Shown here piece by piece: positions 47,914 through 56,904 of a stretch of 64,000 nt of DNA. Below the pieces are notes generated by a model, which ran no database searches, had not been told where the DNA came from, and worked only from the letters and a program-made list of their open reading frames with translations. The stretch is from positions 1,200 through 65,199 of the forward strand of contig CAZDEE010000001.1 of the NCBI GenBank assembly GCA_964504595.1, written 5' to 3'. Position numbers and translations under genes: made by a program. The DNA comes from an uncultured Staphylococcaceae bacterium. Its GTDB lineage: Bacteria; Bacillota_I; Bacilli_A; RFN20; CAG-826. Within the stretch, counting starts at the first letter, position 1. Every line of letters starts with the position of its first letter.

Positions 47914-49008
47914 ATGTTTGGTAATGAATTAGATAATTTTGAGCCAGTTGCAAGAATTATTGTAATAGGTGTTGGTGGCGCTGGTAATAATGCTGTAAAT
48001 AGAATGATTGATGAAAATATATCTTCGGTTGAATTCTATGTTGCAAATACAGATAAACAAGCTTTAAGTACTTCTAAAGCTCCGAATCGTTTAGTTTTAG
48101 GTAATGATTCATATAAAGGCTTAGGTGCAGGAGGAGATCCAGCGGTTGGTGAGTCAGCTGCATTACAAAGTGAAGAGGAAATACGTAATATTGTTAAAGG
48201 CGCAGATATGGTATTTATTGCAGCCGGAATGGGTGGTGGAACAGGTACAGGAGCCTCACCAGTAGTCGCGCGTATTGCTAAAGAAGAAGGTGCTTTAACT
48301 GTAGCAATTGTTACAAGACCTTTTGGATTTGAAGGTAAAAAGCGCATTTCTCAATCTGTTGAAGGACTTATAAAATTAAAAGAAAACGTCGATGCAATTA
48401 TCGTTGTTTCAAATGATAAATTATTGATGATGAATGGACAAAATCCAATTTCTGAAGCATTTTCAGAATCAGATAAAGTTTTAGCTCAATCGGTAAAAAC
48501 TGTCACTGATTTAATATTGATGCCGGCAGTTATAAATTTAGATTTTGCTGATGTTAGTAATACATTGAAGAATTCAGGAATATCATTGATTGGATTTGGT
48601 ATGGGTAGTGGACCTAACAAGGCCCAAGAAGCTGCGATGGCGGCAATTTCATCACCACTTTTAGAAGTATCTATTCAAGGTGCAAAAAGCGCAATTATAT
48701 CGGTTACATGTGGAATGAATGTTTCATTATATGAAGCTCAAGATTGTGCAAATCAAATTATGGAAGCGGCTGGCGGAAATTTAGATATGAAATTTGGTGT
48801 TTCTATTAATTCAGAACTTGCAGATCAAATCTTAGTTAGTGTTATTGCCACAGATTTCTCTGAAGAATATGATTTTACATCAGTCCCAACATTTAGACCA
48901 ATTCAACCTCGTGTGTATGAAGGAGTTAAAGTTGAAGAAGTTAATGAAAATGAAGAGGAAGATGATGATTCAATTCTTCCAAATTTCTTAAAAGGCAATG
49001 ATTTCTAA
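47914..49008 (+). CDS. ftsZ: cell division GTPase FtsZ
   Basis: IGVGGAGNNAVNRM and GGGTGTGASPV tubulin signatures are present. The conserved C-terminal peptide is DDSILPNFLK. Confidence 0.98.
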   Translation: MFGNELDNFEPVARIIVIGVGGAGNNAVNRMIDENISSVEFYVANTDKQALSTSKAPNRLVLGNDSYKGLGAGGDPAVGESAALQSEEEIRNIVKGADMVFIAAGMGGGTGTGASPVVARIAKEEGALTVAIVTRPFGFEGKKRISQSVEGLIKLKENVDAIIVVSNDKLLMMNGQNPISEAFSESDKVLAQSVKTVTDLILMPAVINLDFADVSNTLKNSGISLIGFGMGSGPNKAQEAAMAAISSPLLEVSIQGAKSAIISVTCGMNVSLYEAQDCANQIMEAAGGNLDMKFGVSINSELADQILVSVIATDFSEEYDFTSVPTFRPIQPRVYEGVKVEEVNENEEEDDDSILPNFLKGNDF

Positions 49009-49039
49009 TTTTTATAATAATGTTTTTATTTTCAATTTG

Positions 49040-49068
49040 AGTCATAACAATTTGTTATGACTTTTTTT
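49040..49068 (+). terminator. intrinsic terminator after ftsZ
   Basis: A 10-bp perfect stem AGTCATAACA/TGTTATGACT with a 3-nt loop and a run of 7 T. Confidence 0.85.
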
Positions 49069-49083
49069 ATGCATATGATTTAT

Positions 49084-49117
49084 TTCGACTTTTTATTTAA
49101 TATCGATACTTTAGAAT
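49084..49117 (+). promoter_or_regulatory. spoIIG-type promoter candidate with a 0A-box-like -35 region
   Basis: TTCGACt (49084-49090) matches the 0A box TTCGACA at 6 of 7 positions. It is followed by TAGAAT at 49112-49117. The spacer between the two hexamers is 22 nt. Confidence 0.4.
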
Positions 49118-49135
49118 TAGTAACGGTGATAAGGA

Positions 49136-49882
49136 ATGAATGTTTATTTTGATTTAATGGTCATATCGCACATTATTTTATCAATGATTAGTGGTTATTT
49201 TTTAAATACTATATCTATTAATCGCTTAAAAGGGAGGGGATTATTTAAACTAACTTTAGCAAATTCAATTATTATTTTATTTGTATATTTAAAATGGTGG
49301 ATATCACTTATAGCTATTATTATTATCCATGCATTAATATTTTATCTTTTTTTTAAAAAGAAATTTTTAGGACCGTTAGTGACGTATTTATCTTGCTATT
49401 ACGCAAATGCATTTTTTATGTCCTTATTTACCTCGTCAGTTAGCGTTGTTAACTTTGTATTTGTTATCCATGAACCTAAAGGCTTATTTATATTAGTATT
49501 AACCCCATTATTTATTTTAATACTATTTTTAGTTAGTCATGGTGTTGATAAAATATATCATCTAGGAAACTATAAAATTGATGTAATATTGTCAGTTAAC
49601 AATAAAAAAGCAAAGTTCCGTAGCTATTTTGATACTGGAAATACATTAAAATACAAAGGTGTACCTGTTATTTTCTGTCTTAAAGATTCATGGCCTTTTG
49701 ATACATTTAATGTTGTAGGAAAAGTATCTTTTAAAACAGTTGATACTGGTACAGAAATGGCGTTAACAGAAGCATTAATTACCTTAAATGAAGATGAAAA
49801 GACACTTGTTTATGTTGCTTTAGTGGAAAATAAGAAAGGTTTTAATGGCTGTGAGTGTCTTTTAAATGCCTACTTATATTAG
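49136..49882 (+). CDS. spoIIGA: sporulation sigma-E processing peptidase SpoIIGA
   Basis: The N-terminal half is polytopic membrane. The C-terminal aspartic-protease-like half has the FDTGN motif (YFDTGNTL). It lies immediately upstream of sigE. Confidence 0.85.
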   Translation: MNVYFDLMVISHIILSMISGYFLNTISINRLKGRGLFKLTLANSIIILFVYLKWWISLIAIIIIHALIFYLFFKKKFLGPLVTYLSCYYANAFFMSLFTSSVSVVNFVFVIHEPKGLFILVLTPLFILILFLVSHGVDKIYHLGNYKIDVILSVNNKKAKFRSYFDTGNTLKYKGVPVIFCLKDSWPFDTFNVVGKVSFKTVDTGTEMALTEALITLNEDEKTLVYVALVENKKGFNGCECLLNAYLY

Positions 49883-49884
49883 AT

Positions 49885-50574
49885 ATGTTTAAACTATTAG
49901 AAAAAATCAAAAAATATTTATTTTCTAAAGGTTCTGTATATTATATTAATGGAAATGAAGTTCTTAAGCCGCCTCTAAGTCGCGAAGAAGAGCAAATTGT
50001 AATTGATGAATATCGAAATGGATCTCTTGATGCTAGGAATCGCCTTATTGAGCATAATCTTAGATTAGTTGTATATGTCGCTAAAAGATATGACAATAAT
50101 TTATTTAATTTAGAAGATTTAATTAGTATTGGAACACTGGGCCTTATAAAGGCGATAAATACTTTTAAATGTGATAAGAACATAAAATTAGCCACGTATG
50201 CTTCTCGATGTATCGAAAATGAAATCCTAATGTATCTAAGAAAAAAAGCCAGGTATAAAAATGAAATCAGCTTAGACGAGCCCCTTAATTTTGATTACGA
50301 TGGAAATGAATTATTACTTGGTGATATTTTAAGTTTAGAACAAGAGGAAGTCATAACAGATATGAATGATACAGATGATAAAGAAGCTCTTTTAGAGGCA
50401 GTTGAAAAACTTAAACCACGAGAACAAGAAATTCTCAATATGAGATTTGGTTTAAATGGACAAGAAGAATTAACCCAGAAAGAAGTTGCGGAACTTTTAG
50501 GAATATCACAATCATATATTTCTCGTTTAGAAAAGAAAATTATAAAAAAATTAAAAGTCGGTTTATTGAAATAA
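49885..50574 (+). CDS. sigE: pro-sigma-E (sporulation mother-cell sigma factor)
   Basis: The pro-sequence MFKLLEKIKKYLF...YYINGNEVLKPPLSREEE is present. Region 2 reads NLRLVVYVAKRY and region 4 reads LGISQSYISRLEKK. The ATG at 49885 lies 2 nt after the spoIIGA stop. Confidence 0.95.
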   Translation: MFKLLEKIKKYLFSKGSVYYINGNEVLKPPLSREEEQIVIDEYRNGSLDARNRLIEHNLRLVVYVAKRYDNNLFNLEDLISIGTLGLIKAINTFKCDKNIKLATYASRCIENEILMYLRKKARYKNEISLDEPLNFDYDGNELLLGDILSLEQEEVITDMNDTDDKEALLEAVEKLKPREQEILNMRFGLNGQEELTQKEVAELLGISQSYISRLEKKIIKKLKVGLLK

Positions 50575-50590
50575 AATTTAGCCAATACTA
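50561..50590 (+). promoter_or_regulatory. forespore (sigma-F/G-type) promoter candidate for sigG
   Basis: GTTTA (50561-50565), a 15-nt spacer, then GCCAATACTA (50581-50590). I compared this with my recollection of the sigma-F consensus GyATA-N15-GGnrAnAnTw. There is one mismatch in each element. Confidence 0.35.
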
Positions 50591-50612
50591 AAAGCAAAAG
50601 GAGATATTTGCT

Positions 50613-51386
50613 TTGGCTAAACATAAAGTTGTTATTACGGGAGTGGACACGGCAAATTTAATTGTATTAAGTTCAAAAGAAACCATAGATTATATTGCAA
50701 AATATAAATCTGGTGACATTGAAGCAAAGAATAAAGCGATATTAGGTAATTTAAAGTTAGTTCTTAGTATCGTTAATCAATTTGCAAAAAGGAGTGATAA
50801 TCTCGATGATTTATTTCAAGTAGGTGTTGTTGGATTAATAAAAGCAATCGATAATTTCTCATTGGAGCATGATGTGAAATTTTCTACTTATGCAGTTCCA
50901 ATGATTCTAGGAGAAATAAAACGTTATTTAAGAGACTCATCTTTCTTACACGTTTCACGACAAATAAAAGACCGCGCATATAAAGCATTAAAAGCTAAAG
51001 AAGAATGGATTGCTACCTATCAAAAAGAACCAACATATGAAGAACTAGCAACTGTTCTTGAAGTAAGTTATTTTGATATTGTTGAGTGTTTTGATGCGCT
51101 TGCGGGTGTTAGCTATTTAAGTGAACCCCTATATAATGATTTTGAAGAATCTGTAGAATTAATTGATGTAATCCCAGAGACTAAGGATAATGTAAAAAAA
51201 TATCTTAATTCATTATCCTTAGAAGAGGGATTTAAGCATTTAGATGAATTAGAAAAATTAATATTAACAAAGCGATATTATGAAGGGCAAACCCAGTTGG
51301 AAATTGCCTCAGAATTTGCAATATCGCAAGCACAAGTTTCTCGATTAGAAAAAAGTGCTTTAAAAAGATTAAAAACATATTTTTAG
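50613..51386 (+). CDS. sigG: sporulation forespore sigma factor sigma-G
   Basis: MAKHKVVITGVDTANLIVL... parallels the SigG N-terminus. NLKLVLSIVNQF and ISQAQVSRLEKSAL are present. It uses a TTG start preceded by AAGGAGA. Confidence 0.93.
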   Translation: MAKHKVVITGVDTANLIVLSSKETIDYIAKYKSGDIEAKNKAILGNLKLVLSIVNQFAKRSDNLDDLFQVGVVGLIKAIDNFSLEHDVKFSTYAVPMILGEIKRYLRDSSFLHVSRQIKDRAYKALKAKEEWIATYQKEPTYEELATVLEVSYFDIVECFDALAGVSYLSEPLYNDFEESVELIDVIPETKDNVKKYLNSLSLEEGFKHLDELEKLILTKRYYEGQTQLEIASEFAISQAQVSRLEKSALKRLKTYF

Positions 51387-51387
51387 T

Positions 51388-51711
51388 ATGAAATCGTTCA
51401 AAGAAAATTTAAAAAATTGGCTTATCCCTACAAGTGGGGATACAAGTAGTGAAAAAAAGACAACTGTTTCGACAAAAGAAAATAAAAAGAAAACCGGTAT
51501 TGCACCTCGTGTTTTTATGGTGATGAACTATAATGAAGCTCAAGAAATCGCAAATAATTTGTTAGCAAGACAAGATATTATTGTTAATGTATCGAATCTA
51601 CTTACTAAAGATAAGTATCGAGTAATCGATTTTTTAAGTGGAGTAGTTTACGCTCATGAAGGAAAAAGATTGAAACTTGAACCAAATATTTATTTATTTT
51701 CGTTAAATTAA
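51388..51711 (+). CDS. sepF: cell division protein SepF (short form)
   Basis: It has an N-terminal amphipathic helix, MKSFKENLKNWL, and a DUF552 core ...MNYNEAQEIANNLLARQDIIVNVSNL...RVIDFLSGVVYAHEG... The start lies 1 nt after the sigG stop. Confidence 0.8.
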   Translation: MKSFKENLKNWLIPTSGDTSSEKKTTVSTKENKKKTGIAPRVFMVMNYNEAQEIANNLLARQDIIVNVSNLLTKDKYRVIDFLSGVVYAHEGKRLKLEPNIYLFSLN

Positions 51712-51732
51712 TTCTTCTTTATATAAAGAAGA

Positions 51733-51760
51733 TTGAATTTTTTTGTATTTCGTGTAATAA
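51733..51760 (+). promoter_or_regulatory. possible sigma-A promoter for the ileS leader
   Basis: TTGAAT (51733-51738), a 16-nt spacer, then TAATAA (51755-51760). Confidence 0.4.
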
Positions 51761-51764
51761 TATT

Positions 51765-51990
51765 TTCGAAAAACGAAGAGAAAGACGCGATGCTATATAA
51801 ACTAGTCTTAGCGAGATGATATTTGGTGCAAGGTCATTGACATAGGATATGGTATTATCACTTTTGAGTTGGTTTAGGGAAATTAGTAACTAAACCCGTT
51901 ATAGTACGTTACACTAAATAGAGGGCTAGAGATATTCTAGAACTAAGGTGGTACCGCGTTAACAGCGTCCTTAGATAGGACGTTTTTTTA
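51765..51990 (+). promoter_or_regulatory. T-box leader (tRNA-Ile sensing)
   Basis: An AGAGAAAG box and a GGUGCAAGG distal motif are present. The specifier context is UAUU-AUC-ACUUUUGAG (ATC at 51857-51859). GGUGGUACCGCG lies at 51947-51958. The terminator is GCGTCC/GGACGT (51965-51970 / 51978-51983) followed by a T-run. Confidence 0.88.
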
Positions 51991-52012
51991 TTTTAAAAAA
52001 GGAGACAAAATT

Positions 52013-54757
52013 ATGGAATTAAAGAAAACTTTAAAAATGCCACGTACTGATTTTGAAATGAGAGGCAATCTTCCTACTAAAGAACCAAAATGGGTTGAAA
52101 AGTGGGAAAAAGATGGCCTTTATTACAAGATGATTGAAAAGAATAAAGGAAATGAAGAATATATGCTTCATGATGGACCTCCATACGCAAACGGAAATAT
52201 GCATTGTGGACATATGCTTAACCACTTATTAAAAGACTTTATTATTCGTTATAAGGCAATGAGTGGCTATTATACACCATTTATTCCTGGTTGGGATACT
52301 CATGGTTTACCAATTGAAAATGTCATCACAAAGAAAGGAATAAACCGTAAGACTACTCCATTAGTCGAGTTTAGAAAACACTGTGAGCAATTTGCGCATC
52401 AACAAGTTCTTTTACAAATGGGACAAGTCAAGAGAATTGGTGTTTTAGGTGATTTTGAAAATCGCTATATGACTTTACAAAAAGAATTTGAAAGTGAGCA
52501 AATTCGCGTCTTTAGTGAGATGGCTCTAAAAGGTTTGATTTTTAAAGGACTTAAGCCTGTTTATTGGTCACCAAGTAGTGAATCTGCACTTGCAGAAGCG
52601 GAAATTGAATATGCTGATGTTAAGTCACATGCGATTTATGTTGCTTTTAAAGTTGTTGATGGTAAAGGAGTATTAGATACTGATACCTCGCTAGTTATTT
52701 GGACAACTACCCCTTGGACAATTCCAGCAAATTTAGCAATTTGTGTAAATCCAGAGTATGAATATGGCGTTTATCAAACCGAAAAAGGAAAATTTGTTTT
52801 ACTTAAAGCATTAAAAGATAACATCGTTAATGAAATCGGATTTGAGCAATGTGATTTATTAAATACAGTTCAAGGACGCGATTTAGAGTATATTTTAACT
52901 AAACATCCTTTATACGATAGAACATCCGTTGTTATTTTAGGAGATCATGTAACTATGGATGCTGGTACCGGATGTGTTCATACCGCACCTGGTCATGGTG
53001 AAGATGACTTTAAAGTTGGTGTTAAATATGGCTTAAAACCACTATGTCCAGTTGATTCAAAAGGATATATGAGTGAAGAAGCTGGAGATGATTTAAAAGG
53101 ACTATTCTATGAAAACGCAAATGCGGTTGTTCTTGATAAATTAACAGCTTGTGGCGCTCTTCTTAAAGCAACACAAATCGTTCACTCGTATCCTCATGAC
53201 TGGAGAACAAATAAACCACTTATCTTTAGAGCTACCCCTCAATGGTTCTGTTCTATCGATCCAATTAGAGAGCAATTGTTAGAGGAAATTGATAAAGTTA
53301 CATGGAAACCAAGCTGGGGCAAACTTAGAATTCATAATATGATTAAAGATCGTGGTGATTGGTGTATATCTCGTCAAAGAGCGTGGGGTGTACCAATTCC
53401 TATTATCTATTGTGAAGATGGAACTCCAATTATTGAACGTGAAGTTTTTGATAATATAATTGAACTTGTTAAAGAGCATGGAAGTAATATTTGGTTTGAG
53501 AAAGAAGCAGCCGATCTTTTACCAAGTGGATATAAAAATGAGCATTCACCAAATGGAATTTTTACTAAAGAAACTGATATTATGGATGTTTGGTTTGATT
53601 CCGGTTCATCTTCAATTGCTGTATGTAAAGCACGCGGATATAAACATCCAGTTGATTTATATTTAGAAGGTAGTGACCAATATCGTGGTTGGTTTAATTC
53701 TAGCTTAATTATTTCTACTGCTGTTGAAGGTCATGCTCCTTATAAAAATGTAGTTAGCCATGGATTTATTCAAGATTCCGCAGGTGAAAAAATGTCAAAA
53801 TCAAAGGGCAATGGTGTTGATCCTATGAAGATGTCACAAGTTTATGGAGCGGATATTTTAAGATTATGGACCGCAAGCGTTGATTATCAAAGTGATGTCA
53901 AATTTGGTGAAGATATGGTTAAGAAAGTTTCTGAATCATATCGTAAAATACGTAATACATTTAAATTTATGTTAGGAAACATTGCTGACTATAAAAAAGA
54001 AGAAGCTCCAACTGAATTTGAATGGGTTGATAAAGCTATTTTAGCTCGACTTGAACAAGTTAAAAATGGTGTAATTAAAGCTATGGATGCATTTGATTTT
54101 GCTAGTGCAACAAGTTTATTAACAACCTTTATGAGCGCTGATTTATCTTCTTTCTACTTAGATTTAAGCAAAGATATTTTATATTGCGATAAAGGTGATT
54201 CATTACGTCGTAAGCAAATTCAAACAGTAATTGATACTTGTTTATATACTTTAATGCTCTTATGGACACCAATTTTATCTTTTACTATGGAAGAAGTTTA
54301 TAGTTTCTATCCTTTCAAAACTGAAGAATATGTTCAACTTGTTTCTTATCCTAAAGTTTCAAATTTATATTCACATGATATATTAGATGAATATCAATTA
54401 TTCTTACTTTTAAGAACAGATGTTTTAAAAGCTCTTGAAACAAGTAGAGCAAGTGGTTTAATTGGCTCAGCTCAAGAAGCACATGTTCTTGTTTCTTTAA
54501 AAGATGAAAAACTTAAATCTTTATTAAATAAAATTTCTAAAGAAGAACTTGCGAGATTATTTGTCGTTAGTGAAATTGGCGTTGTTGAAAGTAATGATGG
54601 AGAAGATTTAGATGTTAGTAATGTTAAGATTATTAAGCATACAGGACATCGTTGTGATCGTTGTTGGAATTATGTTGATGAAATTCATGAACATGGGGAA
54701 CATCATCTTTGTAGTCGCTGTTTAGAAGCTATTGGTGATTATGATGAAGAAAATTAA
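52013..54757 (+). CDS. ileS: isoleucine--tRNA ligase
   Basis: 914 aa. The HIGH-type motif is PYANGNMHCGHMLN and the KMSKS motif is present. A C-terminal zinc cluster reads HRCDRCWNY...CSRC. Confidence 0.97.
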   Translation: MELKKTLKMPRTDFEMRGNLPTKEPKWVEKWEKDGLYYKMIEKNKGNEEYMLHDGPPYANGNMHCGHMLNHLLKDFIIRYKAMSGYYTPFIPGWDTHGLPIENVITKKGINRKTTPLVEFRKHCEQFAHQQVLLQMGQVKRIGVLGDFENRYMTLQKEFESEQIRVFSEMALKGLIFKGLKPVYWSPSSESALAEAEIEYADVKSHAIYVAFKVVDGKGVLDTDTSLVIWTTTPWTIPANLAICVNPEYEYGVYQTEKGKFVLLKALKDNIVNEIGFEQCDLLNTVQGRDLEYILTKHPLYDRTSVVILGDHVTMDAGTGCVHTAPGHGEDDFKVGVKYGLKPLCPVDSKGYMSEEAGDDLKGLFYENANAVVLDKLTACGALLKATQIVHSYPHDWRTNKPLIFRATPQWFCSIDPIREQLLEEIDKVTWKPSWGKLRIHNMIKDRGDWCISRQRAWGVPIPIIYCEDGTPIIEREVFDNIIELVKEHGSNIWFEKEAADLLPSGYKNEHSPNGIFTKETDIMDVWFDSGSSSIAVCKARGYKHPVDLYLEGSDQYRGWFNSSLIISTAVEGHAPYKNVVSHGFIQDSAGEKMSKSKGNGVDPMKMSQVYGADILRLWTASVDYQSDVKFGEDMVKKVSESYRKIRNTFKFMLGNIADYKKEEAPTEFEWVDKAILARLEQVKNGVIKAMDAFDFASATSLLTTFMSADLSSFYLDLSKDILYCDKGDSLRRKQIQTVIDTCLYTLMLLWTPILSFTMEEVYSFYPFKTEEYVQLVSYPKVSNLYSHDILDEYQLFLLLRTDVLKALETSRASGLIGSAQEAHVLVSLKDEKLKSLLNKISKEELARLFVVSEIGVVESNDGEDLDVSNVKIIKHTGHRCDRCWNYVDEIHEHGEHHLCSRCLEAIGDYDEEN

Positions 54758-55496
54758 GGATAATTTAATTCGCTTTTTGAAATCTTTTTTATGGATTATT
54801 CCACTTTTAATATTAATTGATTTTGGTACTAAAATGTTAGCATTTTATGGTTTACAAAATGCTAACAATGAAACGATTGTTATTATCAAAGATTTCTTTT
54901 CCTTTAAGCTTCAATTTAATAAAGGAGCGGCTTGGTCTTGGCTAGAAGGACAAACATATTTTCTCGCGGGAATATCAGTGGGATTTTTGATTGTATTTAG
55001 TATTTATTTTGCAAAGAAATATAAATCCTTAAAACTTATTTATCGAATTATTTATATGCTTATTATATCTGGTTGTGCTGGAAATATGATTGATAGAGTG
55101 TGTCAACATATTCCAGGTACACCTTACTATGATAGAGGCGTCATTGATTTTCTTTCCTTTAAATTAATTGGAAAGAATGGCTATGATTTCCCAGTATTTA
55201 ATTTTGCTGATATGTGTTTAGTCGTTGGTGTATTTATGTTATTAGGAGTGATGTTAATGGAACAACTTGAATTGTATAAAGCGCAAAAAGAAATAACTTC
55301 GATTAAAGAACGTTTATATGAAGAAGTTAATAACCTTGAAAAATCATCTTTCCCGCAAGATGTAATCAAATCCCTAATTACGAAAATTGAAATCATTGAT
55401 ATTAAAGAAAAAGATATTATGTATTTAAGAGAATTAATTAATGAATGCTATGAAAAATGTCCTTTTTTAAAGGAGAAACAAAAAAATGTCTTCTAA
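54741..55496 (+). CDS. lspA: lipoprotein signal peptidase II with a C-terminal extension of about 79 aa
   Basis: The core motifs are NKGAAWSW and FNFADMCLVVG. The core ends near nt 55256. A hydrophilic, Glu/Lys-rich tail runs from 55257 to 55496. The start is ambiguous (54732-54744) and overlaps the ileS 3' end. Confidence 0.85.
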   Translation: MMKKIKDNLIRFLKSFLWIIPLLILIDFGTKMLAFYGLQNANNETIVIIKDFFSFKLQFNKGAAWSWLEGQTYFLAGISVGFLIVFSIYFAKKYKSLKLIYRIIYMLIISGCAGNMIDRVCQHIPGTPYYDRGVIDFLSFKLIGKNGYDFPVFNFADMCLVVGVFMLLGVMLMEQLELYKAQKEITSIKERLYEEVNNLEKSSFPQDVIKSLITKIEIIDIKEKDIMYLRELINECYEKCPFLKEKQKNVF

Positions 55497-56391
55497 GTAT
55501 ATAGTCGATGAACAATATTTAGATTATCGCCTTGATAAACTTTTATCTTTAATAAGTGAATTTTCAAGAACACATATCGAAAATATGATTAAAGAAGAAA
55601 AAGTATTAGTTAACGAAAAAGTAGTTAAAGGTTCGTATAGAGTAAAATTAAATGATGTTATTCTTTATGAAGATGTTAGTGTTGTTGAATCATCAATTGA
55701 AGCGGAAGATATTCCTCTTGATATCGTTTATGAAGATGATGATTTACTTGTCATTAATAAGCCTCGTGGATTAGTAGTTCATCCTGGAAATGGTCATCAT
55801 AATGGAACATTAGTAAACGCTATTCTAGGACACTGCAATGATTTAAGCGGAATAAATGGAGTTGAAAGACCAGGAATTGTCCATCGTATAGATAAAGATA
55901 CTTCAGGTTTAATTGTTGTTTGTAAAAATGATTTTGCGCATGTTGAAATTGCTAAACAACTTGCGTCTCACTCGATGCATCGTGAATATATCGCTCTTGT
56001 AAAGGGTGTAATTAAAGAAGATGATGGAAAGATTATTGCCCCAATTGGACGCGATCGATATGATCGTCTTAAAATGGCGGTAGATACTAAAAATGGTAAA
56101 GATGCGATTACATATTTTCATGTCGAAAGAAGATATAATCAATATACATTAGTAACATGTAGACTTGAAACAGGAAGAACTCATCAAATTAGAGTACATA
56201 TGAATTATATTGGTTATCCTTTAGAAGGAGATCCTTTATATGGAAAGAAAAAAAGCCTTCTTTTTGATAACGGACAATTATTACATGCTTATCAAATCAC
56301 TTTTGTTCATCCTCGTTTGAAAACCGAAATGACATTTAAAGTTGATTTGCCTAATGATTTTAAAAAAGTTTTAGAAAGATTAGAAAAATAG
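55486..56391 (+). CDS. rluD: RluA-family 23S rRNA pseudouridine synthase (RluD/YlyB type)
   Basis: It has an N-terminal S4 domain. The catalytic motif is GIVHRIDKDTSGL. GRTHQIRVH is also present. Confidence 0.9.
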   Translation: MSSKYIVDEQYLDYRLDKLLSLISEFSRTHIENMIKEEKVLVNEKVVKGSYRVKLNDVILYEDVSVVESSIEAEDIPLDIVYEDDDLLVINKPRGLVVHPGNGHHNGTLVNAILGHCNDLSGINGVERPGIVHRIDKDTSGLIVVCKNDFAHVEIAKQLASHSMHREYIALVKGVIKEDDGKIIAPIGRDRYDRLKMAVDTKNGKDAITYFHVERRYNQYTLVTCRLETGRTHQIRVHMNYIGYPLEGDPLYGKKKSLLFDNGQLLHAYQITFVHPRLKTEMTFKVDLPNDFKKVLERLEK

Positions 56392-56426
56392 ACAATATTT
56401 AATGTGTCTATGCTATTTAAATCGAT

Positions 56427-56458
56427 ACACCGAGAGTTATTTTTCGGTGTTTTTATTT
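56427..56458 (+). terminator. intrinsic terminator after rluD
   Basis: Stem ACACCGA/TCGGTGT (56427-56433 / 56444-56450), followed by TTTTATTT. Confidence 0.75.
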
Positions 56459-56904
56459 GAGTGTTTCTTTTATAATTCAATTTTTTCTTATAAAAATAAA
56501 CAAATTAATAAAATAGTCTAGAATTAAAAATAATTATTGATATAAGTTTTTTCTCTATGCTAATTTGAAGTTGCAAAAAATAAATTAAAAATGAGGAGGA
56601 AAAATATGAGTTTCGATGCTGTTTTAAAGCAAGGTCAAATGTATTTAAAAAAAGATATTGGTTGTGCATCATATATGATAAATACATTAACAAGAAAAAA
56701 TATTTTCCTTTTGGATTAAATGTTCTTTTTTTATTCGATGAAGCTGGAAATGGAATATGTGGAGAAGAAACAAAATTAGAAAATAAATTAACGATACTTG
56801 CACAAACAATTCTATTGGAAAAGGCACTTGGTGCAATTCCCACTGTTCCTTCATTTATAGTAATAGTTGTATTAGCGGTCGTTGTTTCTCCTACATATTT
56901 GTAA

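Noticed and set aside
48036-48347. A 103-aa minus-strand ORF inside ftsZ.
   Set aside because: It is antisense to the Gly-rich GTP-binding region of a clearly genuine ftsZ. Its composition is low-complexity Pro/Ala/Ser, a mirror-image effect of Gly/Ala codons. No Shine-Dalgarno is present.
50295-50624. A 109-aa minus-strand ORF over the sigE 3' end and the sigG start.
   Set aside because: It is antisense to sigma-factor region 4 coding sequence and has no recognisable motif. The same reasoning applies to the other short antisense ORFs in the track: 1172-1357, 5105-5296, 9409-9621, 11652-11924, 19047-19271, 22598-22783, 23473-23670, 25147-25365, 27183-27419, 29469-29684, 30509-30739, 32031-32225, 33109-33318, 34306-34602, 35881-36063, 37738-38040, 38065-38286, 40250-40450, 40977-41204, 49941-50195, 52031-52225, 53279-53479, 53460-53666, 55181-55396, 55909-56142, 57716-57904, 59074-59268, 59664-59894, 60652-60912, 61688-61894 and 63289-63561.
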